From: a bacterium
GTDB taxonomy: Bacteria > Bacteroidota > Bacteroidia > Bacteroidales > Marinilabiliaceae
Assembly (NCBI GenBank): GCA_963643535.1
Contig: CAVILU010000002.1
Coordinates: forward strand, 6,532-67,664
DNA: 61,133 bases
Reading direction: 5' to 3'
The notes under the pieces were generated by a model. It was given only the letters and a program-made list of their open reading frames with translations. It had not been told where the DNA came from and searched no databases. Numbering within the stretch: position 1 is the first letter of the stretch; each line of letters opens with the position of its first letter. A program made the translations under genes and the position numbers. This document shows, piece by piece, positions 39,111-49,231 of the stretch.

Positions 39111-39485
39111 TAATTGCCATTCATTTCACCTCCCTCCAAAAAAAATTCATCCCCCACTTTCCGAAAAACAAATAACAGCTATCGAAAGCCGTGTCGCAAT
39201 ATTGGCAAAAAATGCCAAATTGTGGACACGGCTTTTCATTTTGCGGCCATGTGCCATTAGATTTCACAATCGCCACTCCGGCAGAGCAAAACATAACGCA
39301 CATTTTGCAAGTCCGGCTGTATATTCATAGCCTTCCCATAGCCAATGCCCATCGCCATTCGCCGCGGAAAGCGAAATCACCACTATCGAAACAAACTATC
39401 ACCATCGTTTCGCACACCGATTGCCACGCCATATTTTCGCGTCGGTTTCAAAAAAAACAAACACAGACAATAAACAAACACATCT

Positions 39486-39632
39486 ATGGCAAGCAACATC
39501 CTTCTCGCGGTTACGGCAGCAGTGTCTCCCGCCGACAATTTCGACTCCTTTATTATTCTCGGCGTAGTCCTTGGCGTCGCATTTCTCTTCGGTCTCACTA
39601 AGGTCTCCGAGCGTCGCGGCCGTCAAGCGTAA
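39486..39632 (+). CDS. Possible 48-aa single-TM peptide upstream of thrE-like genes
   Basis: ATG ORF MASNILLAVTAAVSPADNFDSFIILGVVLGVAFLFGLTKVSERRGRQA, below the ORF-track size cut-off. Hydrophobic core, basic tail, and a 27-nt gap to the next gene. Confidence 0.3.
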   Translation: MASNILLAVTAAVSPADNFDSFIILGVVLGVAFLFGLTKVSERRGRQA

Positions 39633-39659
39633 ATCACCTTCACCCTCGATTCCAAATCA

Positions 39660-40481
39660 ATGGAACTTTCGCAGATTGAGGCTGTTGTGGAGACGGCTGA
39701 GCAGGTGGATGCTATCCATCGCAGGCTCAAGGAGCTCGCTCTATTCCTCTCGGACTACGCCTCTGAACTCCTTGCCGTGGGCGCAACGTCGGCCCGCGTC
39801 GAGATGAATGTTGGCCGTATGGCGGGACATTTTGGCGCATGGGCGGACATCGCTATCTTCAGCAGCCATATCATAATGACCGTCACCGACAAGGAGACCC
39901 GCCACACCTATAGCGTTGTAGGTCGTTCGCGCCATCGCCCGATAAGCTTCCTCCGCAATACGTCGCTCAGCCGTATGAGCTGGCAGGTGATAGACTCCGA
40001 TATGACGGTGGCCGAGGCTCGGCAAGCTTTCGATGAGATTGTGAGCGTCCCGCATGGCAATGTCTGGAAGGTGCTCGTGCTCACCAGCCTTGCCAATATG
40101 TCTTTCTGTTACCTCTTCGGGGGCGACGCTTGGGCAATGTTCGTTGTCTTCGTAGCCACGGCCATCGGCTATTGGGCGAAGATTAGCCTCCTGAGGCTGA
40201 AGGTTGACGCGCGTGCCGTGTTCGTCATCTCGGCTTTCTGCGCTACGATTATTGGCTGCGCCTGCTTCGTGTTCCATCTTGGCGAGACTCCAGAGGTTGC
40301 CCTCGGCACGAGCGTGCTGTACCTTGTGCCTGGTATTCCTTTCATCAATTCCATTTCCGATCTCATATACGGTCACAATCTTTGCTTTGTCTCCCGACTG
40401 ACGAATGCCTCCGTGCTGACAGTCTGCCTCTCGGCGGGCTTTATCCTCGGCCTTATCGTCATGCGCATCGGACTCCTTTAA
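39660..40481 (+). CDS. Threonine/serine exporter family protein (ThrE N-type, DUF1212)
   Basis: Helical N-terminus LSDYASELLAVGATSARVEMNVGRMAGHFG, then 5 TM helices; 273 aa. Confidence 0.75.
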   Translation: MELSQIEAVVETAEQVDAIHRRLKELALFLSDYASELLAVGATSARVEMNVGRMAGHFGAWADIAIFSSHIIMTVTDKETRHTYSVVGRSRHRPISFLRNTSLSRMSWQVIDSDMTVAEARQAFDEIVSVPHGNVWKVLVLTSLANMSFCYLFGGDAWAMFVVFVATAIGYWAKISLLRLKVDARAVFVISAFCATIIGCACFVFHLGETPEVALGTSVLYLVPGIPFINSISDLIYGHNLCFVSRLTNASVLTVCLSAGFILGLIVMRIGLL

Positions 40482-40536
40482 ACCTGCCCTGCACCCTAGA
40501 ACACATCTTGTCTCCCCAATCATTAATGACCAACAG

Positions 40537-41028
40537 ATGATAGCAGTAGATATATTCCTCGATGGCGCATTTGCCGCGCTCGCCGGCATAGGCTTCATGA
40601 GCATCAGCAATCCGCCACGTATGGCATACCCGGCGGTGGCTGTCCTTGCCGCCATCGGCCACAGCATCCGCTATTGCCTTATGAACCTTGGCGGGATGCC
40701 CATCAGCATGGCTTGCCTCCTCGCAGCGCTCTCGATAGGTTTCCTCTCCATCCCTGCCGCACGCATTGTCCGCTGCCCCGCCGAGACGTTCTCTTTCCCC
40801 TCGCTCCTGCCCATGATTCCCGGTATGTACGCCTACCGCACGGTCCAGGCCATCGTCAAGTGCCTCCAGACTACAGACGAGCAGCAGTTTATGCATTGGC
40901 TCTATATGCTGACGTATAATGGACTGACGGCTCTCTGCGCCATAATGCTCATGGTGATTGGCGTTACGGTCCCTATATTCATCTTCAAGAAGTACTCTTT
41001 TGATGTCACCCGCGACGTGCGCAAGTAA
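40537..41028 (+). CDS. Threonine/serine exporter family protein (ThrE C-type, DUF3815)
   Basis: 163-aa polytopic protein, the usual partner immediately downstream of the DUF1212 half. Confidence 0.75.
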   Translation: MIAVDIFLDGAFAALAGIGFMSISNPPRMAYPAVAVLAAIGHSIRYCLMNLGGMPISMACLLAALSIGFLSIPAARIVRCPAETFSFPSLLPMIPGMYAYRTVQAIVKCLQTTDEQQFMHWLYMLTYNGLTALCAIMLMVIGVTVPIFIFKKYSFDVTRDVRK

Positions 41029-41080
41029 GGCTAAGTCTCAAATTATACCTACCTTTGGCACAAACTTATTCAAGTCGAAA

Positions 41081-41995
41081 GTGGAACTGAGGCAACTGAA
41101 ATATTTCGTGAAGGTGGGCGAGCTGCTCAACTTCACCGAGGCGGCTAAGGAACTCTACGTGAGCCAAAGCACGCTGTCGCAACAAATCCGCGCGCTCGAA
41201 GACGAGTTGGGCTGCCCACTCTTGGCCCGCGACAGCCATAGTGTATCCCTTACCGAGGAGGGGCGATATTTCCTCTCCGATGCCCGCCAGACCCTCCAGC
41301 ATGCGCAGCAGTGCATAGACCGCATCGCGGACGTGCAAAACCTCGACGAGGGTGAGCTCAACATCGGCTGTACCCACTCCTTTGGCACCATCCTCCGCGA
41401 GACAATGCTCGACTTCACCAACCTCCACCCCAATATCCGCCTCAACGCCCGTTTCAAGACAATGGAGGAACTCATGGGTATGCTCCAACGCCAAGAGATC
41501 GACTTTGCCCTATCTTACAAACCTCATGAGACGTACGACAGCATCGAGAGCCATGTCCTCTTCGACAACAAACTTTGCGTCTTCCTCTCCGAGAGCAATC
41601 CCGTAGCCCGCGACCTCGCCGGCGGCACGATATCGCTCGGCCGTATGCAGGAGCTTAAATATGCCATGCCAACCCGCGGAATGCAGGCGCGAAACCTCTT
41701 CGAGATGCTCATTGCGGACAAGGGCTACTCGTTCGATATCCGCCTCGAAATTAATGAGGTGAACACCATTACGGACATCGTCCGCAACAGCCAGTTTGCC
41801 ACCGTCTTGAGCCGCGCGGCCGTGACAGCCCAATCTGGCCTCGCCTGCATACCTATCGACGTGCCTGGCAACAACATTGAGGGCTGTTTCCACCTCCTCC
41901 GCGGCAAGTACGTCAAGAAGTCCGTAAAGGAGTTTATACGCATCCTCTCCAGCAAAAACGCTGACAATCAGTTGCTACACCATTGGTTTGACTGA
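41081..41995 (+). CDS. LysR-family transcriptional regulator
   Basis: wHTH (M)ELRQLKYFVKVGELLNFTEAAKELYVSQSTLSQQIRALEDELG. GTG start chosen, in frame inside the 40958 ORF. Confidence 0.85.
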   Translation: MELRQLKYFVKVGELLNFTEAAKELYVSQSTLSQQIRALEDELGCPLLARDSHSVSLTEEGRYFLSDARQTLQHAQQCIDRIADVQNLDEGELNIGCTHSFGTILRETMLDFTNLHPNIRLNARFKTMEELMGMLQRQEIDFALSYKPHETYDSIESHVLFDNKLCVFLSESNPVARDLAGGTISLGRMQELKYAMPTRGMQARNLFEMLIADKGYSFDIRLEINEVNTITDIVRNSQFATVLSRAAVTAQSGLACIPIDVPGNNIEGCFHLLRGKYVKKSVKEFIRILSSKNADNQLLHHWFD

Positions 41996-42140
41996 GTCCT
42001 TGTTGTTTTTATCTGCTGTCTCTCCTTGCATATCGTGTGTTCCCCTATATTTTGTTTTGGTACTTGTGGGGTGGTGGCTTAGCCTGTTTTTCCGCTCCAC
42101 ATTCTTTTTCTCCTTCTCACCACGTGAGGGTGAAATGGAA

Positions 42141-42185
42141 AAACGCCTCGGGCGTGAGACAAACGTAGTCTCGCCCGAGGCGTTT
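42141..42185 (-). terminator. Long hairpin terminator between the convergent LysR and GH2 genes
   Basis: aaacgcctcgggcg-t-gagac-aaacgta-gtctc-gcccgaggcgttt. There is a T-rich run on the minus-strand side. Confidence 0.65.
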
Positions 42186-42217
42186 CCTGTGTTGTGCGCA
42201 GGATGCGCTATTGTGCT

Positions 42218-44551
42218 TTATTTGAGTGTCGCAATGGCCTCTTTCTCGCTGCCGGCGAGACGTACTTTTACTGTAGCCCCACCTCCGTTCGGGTTCTTGA
42301 CTCCGCGGAGTAGTACTTGCGCATTGCCCATGAAAGCGTCAATCTTGGCTGTCTTGGAGCTCTCGCCGGCTGCAGGTCGCTCCTGCGCCTTGAAGCCGGG
42401 GTCTCCATTGCCCCAGCCGAGGATTTCTGCATCGCCCGCGACCTCAATCTCTATGGCGTCGCATGCGTCGGGTACTGCTCGGCCTTTCTTGTCGCGCAGT
42501 GTTATGTCTATCACTACGCAATCTTGTGTGCCGGAGATGGTGCCCTTGCTGGTCTCGAGCGTCACTTGCTCGGCGGCTCCTGTGGTCTCTATTCGTTGGG
42601 TTATTACCTTCTTGCCATTTTTATATCCGCGGGCTTCGAGGCGGCCGGGCTTGTATGTGGTCTTCCAGACGAGGTGGTCATCTTTCTCAAGTTTCTGGCG
42701 TCCGAGGCTCTTGCCGTCTTGCAGTAGCTCGACTTCGTCCATATTGCTGTATGCCCATACCTCAACTTCCTGACCTTCTTTGCCCTTAAGATTCCAGTGC
42801 GGGAAGATGTGGAGAATGGGCTCATTGGTCCATGCGGCCTTGAGGTAGAAAGCCTCATCCTTCGGGAAACCGCAATAGTCCAGGATTCCGAATTGCGAAC
42901 CCGTGGCGGGCCACTTCATCGGGTTGGGCTCGCCGCGATAGTCGAAGCCAGTCCAGTAGAAGAGGCCTGCAGCCCAAGCGTTGTCGCGGTAGAATTTCCA
43001 GCCGCGGGCTATGACGTTCTTTGCGTGACCTTCGCGGTTCTCGCCCGCCATGTTGATGCTCTCCATCCATCCGCGGGTCGAGTCGGTCTCGTAGACGTTG
43101 CGAGTGCCGCATGCGCTGGTCTCCTCGGTGCCGACCACAACCCAATCGGGGTATGTCTTGCGCCTATTGTCGACATCGTTTTGAACAATGTAGTTATATC
43201 CGTGGATGTCAACCTGCTTCGTGAGGCCGAAGCCGCCCGAGTTGCCATAGGTGTAGAGTCGCGTGTCGTCTATCGTGCGGGCGTAGTCAATCATCGTGCG
43301 GGCAATCTTCTCGCCCTTCTCCGAACTTTCAATCCACCACTCTTCATTGCCTATGCTCCAGAGGATTACGCACGGATGGTTGCGGTCGCGGACAATCATG
43401 CGGCCGAGGAGGTCGAGGTGCTCCTTGTTGGTGCCCATGAGGCGGTTCTCGTCAATTATGAGCATGCCGAGCGAGTCGCAAGCGTCCAGCATGGCAGGCG
43501 TGCCGGGGTTGTGGCTCAGGCGGATGGCGTTCATGCCGAGTGCTTTGAGTTTCTTGATCTTGTAGCACCAGAGTTCTTTTGAGAGTGCGGTGCCCACGCC
43601 TGCGTGGTCGAGGTGGAGGTCCGAGCCCACAAGCTCTACTGCCTTGCCGTTGAGTGTGAAGCCTTCGGAGGTGCTCCACCCGAGGGTGCGGAGGCCTACT
43701 TTGGTCTCTATGGCGTCGAGCTCCTTGCCGTCTTTGCTGGCCGTGGTCCTAAGTGTGTAGAGGTACGGGTCGTCTACGCTCCAAAGGTGCGCGTTGGGGA
43801 CTGTCAGAGTTGTCGTGCCTGTGGCCACGATGTTGCCCGTGGCGTCTGTGAGTGTGTTGCGCACTTCGCCCGTGGCTTGGGTCTCGACTGTGAGTTTGCC
43901 GTCGGTCCACTTGGCGAATACGTTGTCTATATGGCAATCCTTGTCGCGCTTGACGAGGTAAGCGTCGCGGTAGATGCCTGCGCCCTCATAGTACCAGCCC
44001 TCTTCTGTCGAGGCGTCGCAACGTACGGTGAGCACGTTGTCGCCGCCGTAGTTGAGGTATTCGCTGAGGTTATATTCCTGTGTGGCGTAGCCGCTTACCT
44101 CGTGACCGAGGTAGAAACCGTTGCAAAAAATCTCGGCGTTGCGGAAGATGCCTTCGAAGCGAACGTAGATGTCGCGTCCCTCGTCGGCCTTAGTAACTGT
44201 GAAGTGGTGGCGGTACCAACCGACATTGTTCTGCGGGTAGCGCCAGCCTACTTGCTTATAGCCGTGCGAGTGGCTGGCCTCGGCGGCGTATGGCAGGTCT
44301 ACAACCCAGTCGTGGGGCAGTGTGACGTGTTGCCAAGCCGAGTCGTTGAACTCTGGGTTTGCGGGGCCTTGGTTTTGGCCGATGGCCTTGGTGAGGTAGG
44401 TGAAGTATTCCGTGCCATGGGTGTAGTCGGCCTCCATGGAGGCGGCGTTGCCGAGGTGAAATGTCCAGTCGTCATTGATGAGCGTAGTCTCGCGCTGGGC
44501 CGCGGCGGGTGTCAGTCCGAGGGCGAGGAGCATCAGGGCGTAAGCTTTCAT
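42218..44551 (-). CDS. Glycoside hydrolase family 2 (beta-galactosidase-like), secreted
   Basis: Signal peptide MKAYALMLLALGLTPAAAQ. The GH2 sugar-binding, Ig-like and TIM-barrel order is present, with NHPCVILWSIGNEE (acid/base Glu). 777 aa. Confidence 0.88.
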   Translation of the reverse strand: MKAYALMLLALGLTPAAAQRETTLINDDWTFHLGNAASMEADYTHGTEYFTYLTKAIGQNQGPANPEFNDSAWQHVTLPHDWVVDLPYAAEASHSHGYKQVGWRYPQNNVGWYRHHFTVTKADEGRDIYVRFEGIFRNAEIFCNGFYLGHEVSGYATQEYNLSEYLNYGGDNVLTVRCDASTEEGWYYEGAGIYRDAYLVKRDKDCHIDNVFAKWTDGKLTVETQATGEVRNTLTDATGNIVATGTTTLTVPNAHLWSVDDPYLYTLRTTASKDGKELDAIETKVGLRTLGWSTSEGFTLNGKAVELVGSDLHLDHAGVGTALSKELWCYKIKKLKALGMNAIRLSHNPGTPAMLDACDSLGMLIIDENRLMGTNKEHLDLLGRMIVRDRNHPCVILWSIGNEEWWIESSEKGEKIARTMIDYARTIDDTRLYTYGNSGGFGLTKQVDIHGYNYIVQNDVDNRRKTYPDWVVVGTEETSACGTRNVYETDSTRGWMESINMAGENREGHAKNVIARGWKFYRDNAWAAGLFYWTGFDYRGEPNPMKWPATGSQFGILDYCGFPKDEAFYLKAAWTNEPILHIFPHWNLKGKEGQEVEVWAYSNMDEVELLQDGKSLGRQKLEKDDHLVWKTTYKPGRLEARGYKNGKKVITQRIETTGAAEQVTLETSKGTISGTQDCVVIDITLRDKKGRAVPDACDAIEIEVAGDAEILGWGNGDPGFKAQERPAAGESSKTAKIDAFMGNAQVLLRGVKNPNGGGATVKVRLAGSEKEAIATLK

Positions 44552-44966
44552 CCTAATCCGTGTTTTGGTTTTGTTTACGCAAATTTAGGATTATTCGCTA
44601 ACCGCGGAGGGCGCGGAATGTTAACAAGAGGTGGTGATTTCTTGCTCCAGGGTGGTTTTGTGTGTGAAAAAATAAAGTGTGTTTGGCGATTAATAATTTG
44701 ACGCTAATAATGCAATGTGTCTGCCTAAGTTATTTGTTGTTGTCGATGTGATGTTGCCTTTGTATATGTTTTAGTCTCCGTTGAAAACCTCAAATTTGTA
44801 GACGTTCTCCGTGATGCGCCCGCCCAAGACTGTGTTTCTTTGTGTTTCCGAAAGCAAATTTACAAAGCGTGTATTACTCGGATGCTACACTATTTTGTAG
44901 TTTCCATCCCAGTTCGATATCTTTGTAACGAGGTGACAGAAAAATGCGTTGTCGCCACTGACAAAA

Positions 44967-45653
44967 ATGGAAAAGATTGTACGTGCCCTGTTGAGGCAAA
45001 TTGCCATAGCAAGCAAGTCCGCCGCCTTTGTCCTGTCCGATAAAGGCCTTGTTTGCTCGTGTTTTGCGGATAGGGTAGGGTTTGCTCCCGATGCTTTTAG
45101 CCTTGAGTATCTTGTGGGGTGCGCCTCGGCCCGGACGCGCAGAATGTTTGGTAGTGAAAGGGAATTATGGGCTGACTTTGTCGCGTCTTGTCCAAACTTG
45201 GATTTATATCACTGTTATTTCTCAATCAATTTGGAATTCTTTGTCGGTGGCGGTCAGAAGATTGTGCATTTCACGTTCAAGCGGATTGACGATAATCTTT
45301 ACATCGTCTTTATGGAGCCTGGTTATGAGTGGCTTCCTACGTTCGTGCCTTTTATTGTAGATGCCGCAAATCGTGATGTCTATATGTATTCGGATTCCAA
45401 GTGGAGCCTTGCCGAGTGGAGTCTGTCTGTCAATGAAAAAAAGGTAATCGATGCCTCTTCCAAAGGTTTGACGGTTCGCCAGATGGCCGACCAAATGTGC
45501 CTATCGCCCGATGCCGTCAACTATCACAAGCGCAATATTTTTGCGAAACTTGGAGTGAAGAATATGAGCGAGGCGACCCACAAATTTGTCTCAATGACTT
45601 TTGCGCCCATGGAGACTGTCGGGGGCTTAAACTCAATGCACGACAAAGAATGA
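44967..45653 (+). CDS. LuxR-family HTH transcriptional regulator
   Basis: C-terminal LSVNEKKVIDASSKGLTVRQMADQMCLSPDAVNYHKRNIFAKLGV. The N-terminal about 160-aa sensor domain is unassigned. The start was chosen at MEKIV. Confidence 0.7.
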   Translation: MEKIVRALLRQIAIASKSAAFVLSDKGLVCSCFADRVGFAPDAFSLEYLVGCASARTRRMFGSERELWADFVASCPNLDLYHCYFSINLEFFVGGGQKIVHFTFKRIDDNLYIVFMEPGYEWLPTFVPFIVDAANRDVYMYSDSKWSLAEWSLSVNEKKVIDASSKGLTVRQMADQMCLSPDAVNYHKRNIFAKLGVKNMSEATHKFVSMTFAPMETVGGLNSMHDKE

Positions 45654-45693
45654 AATTCCTGCGCACATTGCTTCTCGTCGCCGCTCTCTTCCA

Positions 45694-46443
45694 TCACTTC
45701 CCCGCCTGCATCAGTCGCACGGCCGAGGCCATGAAGTTTTGCAGTTCGGGGCAGTCGGATTTGAGGATGTTGTCCTGAGTTCCCTCCCATTTCTTATGCC
45801 CGCTCTCGATGAAGACTATGTGCTCGCCGATGGTGAAGACGGAGTTCATGTCGTGGGTGTTGATGATGGTTGTGATTCCGCTCTCGTGGGTGATTTCGGA
45901 TATGAGGGAGTCTATTACGCCCGACGTTACGGGGTCGAGACCCGAGTTCGGCTCGTCGCAGAAGAGGTAACGCGGATTCTGCACTATGGCCCTGGCTATG
46001 GCGACTCGCTTCTGCATTCCGCCCGAGATCTGCGCAGGGAACAGCGCGTCCGAAACCTCCTCCATGTTGACGCGCCTCAGGCACTCCTGCGCCCGCTTGT
46101 TGCGATCGGAGAGTGAGAGGTTCGAGAACATGTCTAGCGGGAAACGCACGTTCTCGAGGACCGTCATGTAGTCGAAGAGAGCCGAGCCCTGGAATATCAT
46201 GCCTATCTCCTGCCTCAGGCGGAGTCGCTCCTTGTGGCTCATGCGGGTGGTGTCGCGCCCGTCGTAGAGTATGGAGCCGAGCTCGACTTCGTAGAGTCCC
46301 ACGAGGCTCTTGAGCAGCACGGTCTTGCCCGAGCCACTCTTGCCTATTATGAGGTTCGTCTTGCCGTCCTCGAAGGTCGACGTGACGCCGTGCATCACCG
46401 TGCGCCCGTTGAATGTCTTATATATGTCCTGAGCCTCTATCAC
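45694..46443 (-). CDS. mlaF: ABC transporter ATP-binding protein (MlaF-like)
   Basis: Walker A GKSGSGKT, signature ISGGMQKRVAIARA, Walker B LFCDEP. Adjacent to the MlaE permease. Confidence 0.85.
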   Translation of the reverse strand: MIEAQDIYKTFNGRTVMHGVTSTFEDGKTNLIIGKSGSGKTVLLKSLVGLYEVELGSILYDGRDTTRMSHKERLRLRQEIGMIFQGSALFDYMTVLENVRFPLDMFSNLSLSDRNKRAQECLRRVNMEEVSDALFPAQISGGMQKRVAIARAIVQNPRYLFCDEPNSGLDPVTSGVIDSLISEITHESGITTIINTHDMNSVFTIGEHIVFIESGHKKWEGTQDNILKSDCPELQNFMASAVRLMQAGK

Positions 46444-46506
46444 CGCTTCTTGAGCCTTTGTTATCTGTTTGTTACCTGCTTTCTTTGGAATATAGTCCGC
46501 ATATGC

Positions 46507-47256
46507 CTACGTCAGCATGAGCTGTGTCACGAGCAGGTTGACGATAAGGATGGATATGCAGCTCACGACGACGCTCTTGGTCGACGCTCGGCCAACATCG
46601 AGTGCGCCGCCGCTGACGTTATACCCGAAGAACGACGACACGCTGGCTATGATGAAAGCAAAGAGCGTACTCTTGAAGAGCGAATACAGGATGTAGAACG
46701 ACTTGAAAGTGAAGTGGAGACCATAAATGAAGTCGTCCGACGGCACCATGCCAGTGGCGAAGCCCGATACCCATCCGCCCACAATGCCGATGCACATGGA
46801 GTAGCAGACCAGCAGGGGCACGGATATCACCATTGCCAAAATCTTAGGCGAGGCAAGGTATGCGGCTGAGTTGATGCCCATAATGTCCAGGGCGTCAATC
46901 TGCTCCGTTATCCTCATTGTGCCAATCTCCGACGATATGTTCGAGCCCACTTTGCCCGCCAGGATGAGGCATACGATGGTGCTGGAGAACTCCAGGACGA
47001 TCGTCTCGCGGCTGGCGTAGCCAATGGTATAGGTCGGGATGAAGGGGTTGTCGAGGTTGTTGGCCATCTGGATGGTGACCACCGCGCCAACGAAGAATGA
47101 TATGAGCGTGACGATGCCGAGCGAGTCTACGCCAAGCTTATATATCTCCTGCAAGGTCCGCTGGCCGAAGACTCCCCATTTCTCGGGCTTCGACAGCGCA
47201 CGCCACATAAAGCGGCAGTAGCGACCAATGAGGTCGAACATCTGGTCTACTATCAT
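46507..47256 (-). CDS. mlaE: MlaE-family ABC transporter permease
   Basis: 249-aa polytopic protein with the MlaE-type pattern (TLQEIYKLGVDSLGIV, GSNISSEIGTMRITEQIDAL). Confidence 0.85.
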   Translation of the reverse strand: MIVDQMFDLIGRYCRFMWRALSKPEKWGVFGQRTLQEIYKLGVDSLGIVTLISFFVGAVVTIQMANNLDNPFIPTYTIGYASRETIVLEFSSTIVCLILAGKVGSNISSEIGTMRITEQIDALDIMGINSAAYLASPKILAMVISVPLLVCYSMCIGIVGGWVSGFATGMVPSDDFIYGLHFTFKSFYILYSLFKSTLFAFIIASVSSFFGYNVSGGALDVGRASTKSVVVSCISILIVNLLVTQLMLT

Positions 47257-47277
47257 CGCTCTCTATCTCTTTTTCTC

Positions 47278-48627
47278 CTACTCCTCGGTCTTGGCGGGTG
47301 CTGCGTTTGCGCTCGAGTTTTCCTCGATGGCGCGGATGCTGGCGCGGACGGGCTCGCTGAGCCTCTCGTCCTTGCCCGCTTTGCTGCTGGCCACTTGATA
47401 TGGGCGCAGGCCGAAGACGGATAGCGTGGCAATCATATGGTCCATGAGGTTGGATATCACGGCCTCGTGCTCGGGCCATATCTTGGTCTTGGTGAAGCAG
47501 TAGAGCTCCACCGGCATGCCGTATTGTGTGGGCTGGAGGTAGCGCACCATGAGCTTCATGCGGATTGAGTCGTCCGGGTCATGAATCTGAGGGTTGCGCA
47601 ATAGGTATGCGTACATGTATTCGCGGAAGAGGGTCAGGTTGGTCAGCTGATCCTGGAGTCCCTCCTCGCCATTGCGTCTGCGTTCGAAGTAATAGTAGAG
47701 CTCGGGCATCTGAGAGAAGTGCTTCTCCTCCTCGGGAGTCACGAAGCGGACTGTGTCCATGTCGATGCATATCGAGCGGTTGAGCCTTCGGCCGGCACTC
47801 TCGCTCATGCCCTTCCAGTTGGTGAAGGAGTCGGAGAGGAGAGTCGAGGGCGGCACGGTGGTTATCGTGTTGTCCCAGTTGCGGATCTTGACGGTGTTGA
47901 GGTTCATCTCGATGACCACGCCGTTGGCCGATGCCTTAGGCACCACAATCCAGTCTCCGACCGACACCATGTTGTTGGCCGAGAGCTGAATGCCGGAGAC
48001 GAGGCTCTGGATAGTCTCCTTGAAGACCAAGGACATGATGGCCGCTGAAGCACCGAGGCCGGCGAGAAGCGTCGAGGGGCTCTTGTCTATCACGATGGAT
48101 ATCATGATGATGACCATCATTGCGAAGATGATGTATGTCGCTAGCTGCTTGAGGCTCTTGAGCGACTGCACCTTGGGATATTTGGCTGCAATGAGGTTGA
48201 AGAGCGAGTCGATGATGGCCAGCACGAGGCGACCCCACATAAGAGTCATGTAGAGGTAGACTACGCGCGTGTAGACCACGTGGAGCCAGACGTCGGTGTG
48301 CATGGCCATGCCGAATGCCGTCAGCGAAGAGATGGAAGGTATGTAGGCCGAGCGGGTCAGCACCTTCTTGTTCAGTATGATGTCGTCCCACTTGTTTTCT
48401 GTGTGCTCCACAATCTTGGCCACGACGGTGGTGAAGAGGAACTTGGCCAAGTAGAATATGATGGTCGAGATGACAGTCGAGAGGACTATCATTATGAGTG
48501 TGGCTATGGTCTCCGAGGCGTTGTTGACGCCACACAGTTCGAGCAGCCAGTTGGCTATGTCCACAAATGTGCCGTGGGCTTCAGTGGCGGCCTCGAGATG
48601 CTGCTGCAGTATTTCTTTTTCTTCCAC
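47278..48627 (-). CDS. Mechanosensitive ion channel (MscS family)
   Basis: Several TM helices, then the MscS beta-domain motif VSVGDWIVVPKASANGVVIEMNLNTVKIRNWDNTITTVP. Confidence 0.8.
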   Translation of the reverse strand: MEEKEILQQHLEAATEAHGTFVDIANWLLELCGVNNASETIATLIMIVLSTVISTIIFYLAKFLFTTVVAKIVEHTENKWDDIILNKKVLTRSAYIPSISSLTAFGMAMHTDVWLHVVYTRVVYLYMTLMWGRLVLAIIDSLFNLIAAKYPKVQSLKSLKQLATYIIFAMMVIIMISIVIDKSPSTLLAGLGASAAIMSLVFKETIQSLVSGIQLSANNMVSVGDWIVVPKASANGVVIEMNLNTVKIRNWDNTITTVPPSTLLSDSFTNWKGMSESAGRRLNRSICIDMDTVRFVTPEEEKHFSQMPELYYYFERRRNGEEGLQDQLTNLTLFREYMYAYLLRNPQIHDPDDSIRMKLMVRYLQPTQYGMPVELYCFTKTKIWPEHEAVISNLMDHMIATLSVFGLRPYQVASSKAGKDERLSEPVRASIRAIEENSSANAAPAKTEE

Positions 48628-48717
48628 TTTGTCGGATGTTTTGCGTTTGTTGGTCTATGGGCGGTGCTTACGTTGGTCGGCCCTTTTTTGTTCGTGCTTA
48701 GGCTTGCGTTTTTTTGC

Positions 48718-49206
48718 CTATGGCGTGCTTATCACCTCGACGGTGCAGTTTATGACGCCCGCCTTTATCATGTCCAATTTCTCGGCCGCTGCTCGGCTTA
48801 CGTCCACTACTCGCCCGGCCTTGAAAGGTCCGCGGTCGTTGATGGTGATGTCCACGCTCTTGCCGTTGGCAGTGTTCGTGACTCGGACCACAGTGCCGAA
48901 GGCCAGAGTGCGGTGGGCTCCCGTCAGTTTCTTCTTGTCATACTTCTCGCCGCTGGCCGTGGCTCTGCCTTGGAACTTGTCGGCATAGTAAGAAGCCTGG
49001 CCTTTCTCGACCTTGCCGGTGCTCTTTTTGCTGGAGGACGAGGAGGATTTTGAGGAGGACGAGGAGGAGCTGTTGCTCTTCTTCGTTGTCGTCTGGTGGG
49101 TGTTGCTCTTGGATGTGCTCTTGCTGCCCGAGCATGAGCCCATGCTGAGTGTCATGACTGTGGCCGCCACGAGCATCAGTAGGGTCGATATTCTGCTTTT
49201 GCGCAT
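48718..49206 (-). CDS. rlpA: RlpA-like septal lytic transglycosylase lipoprotein (DPBB domain)
   Basis: Lipobox MGSC, Ser-rich linker, DPBB core GQASYYADKFQGRATASGEKY...AHRTLAFGTVVRVTN..NGKSVDITINDRGPF. Confidence 0.8.
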   Translation of the reverse strand: MRKSRISTLLMLVAATVMTLSMGSCSGSKSTSKSNTHQTTTKKSNSSSSSSSKSSSSSSKKSTGKVEKGQASYYADKFQGRATASGEKYDKKKLTGAHRTLAFGTVVRVTNTANGKSVDITINDRGPFKAGRVVDVSRAAAEKLDMIKAGVINCTVEVISTP

Positions 49207-49231
49207 CTGCTTGTTCTCTTTGCTTGTGCTT

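Noticed and set aside
48960-49110. A GAG/GAC/AGC-rich repetitive stretch.
   Set aside because: It is the Ser-rich low-complexity linker (SSSSSSSKSSSSSSKK) of the RlpA lipoprotein on the minus strand, not an independent repeat element.
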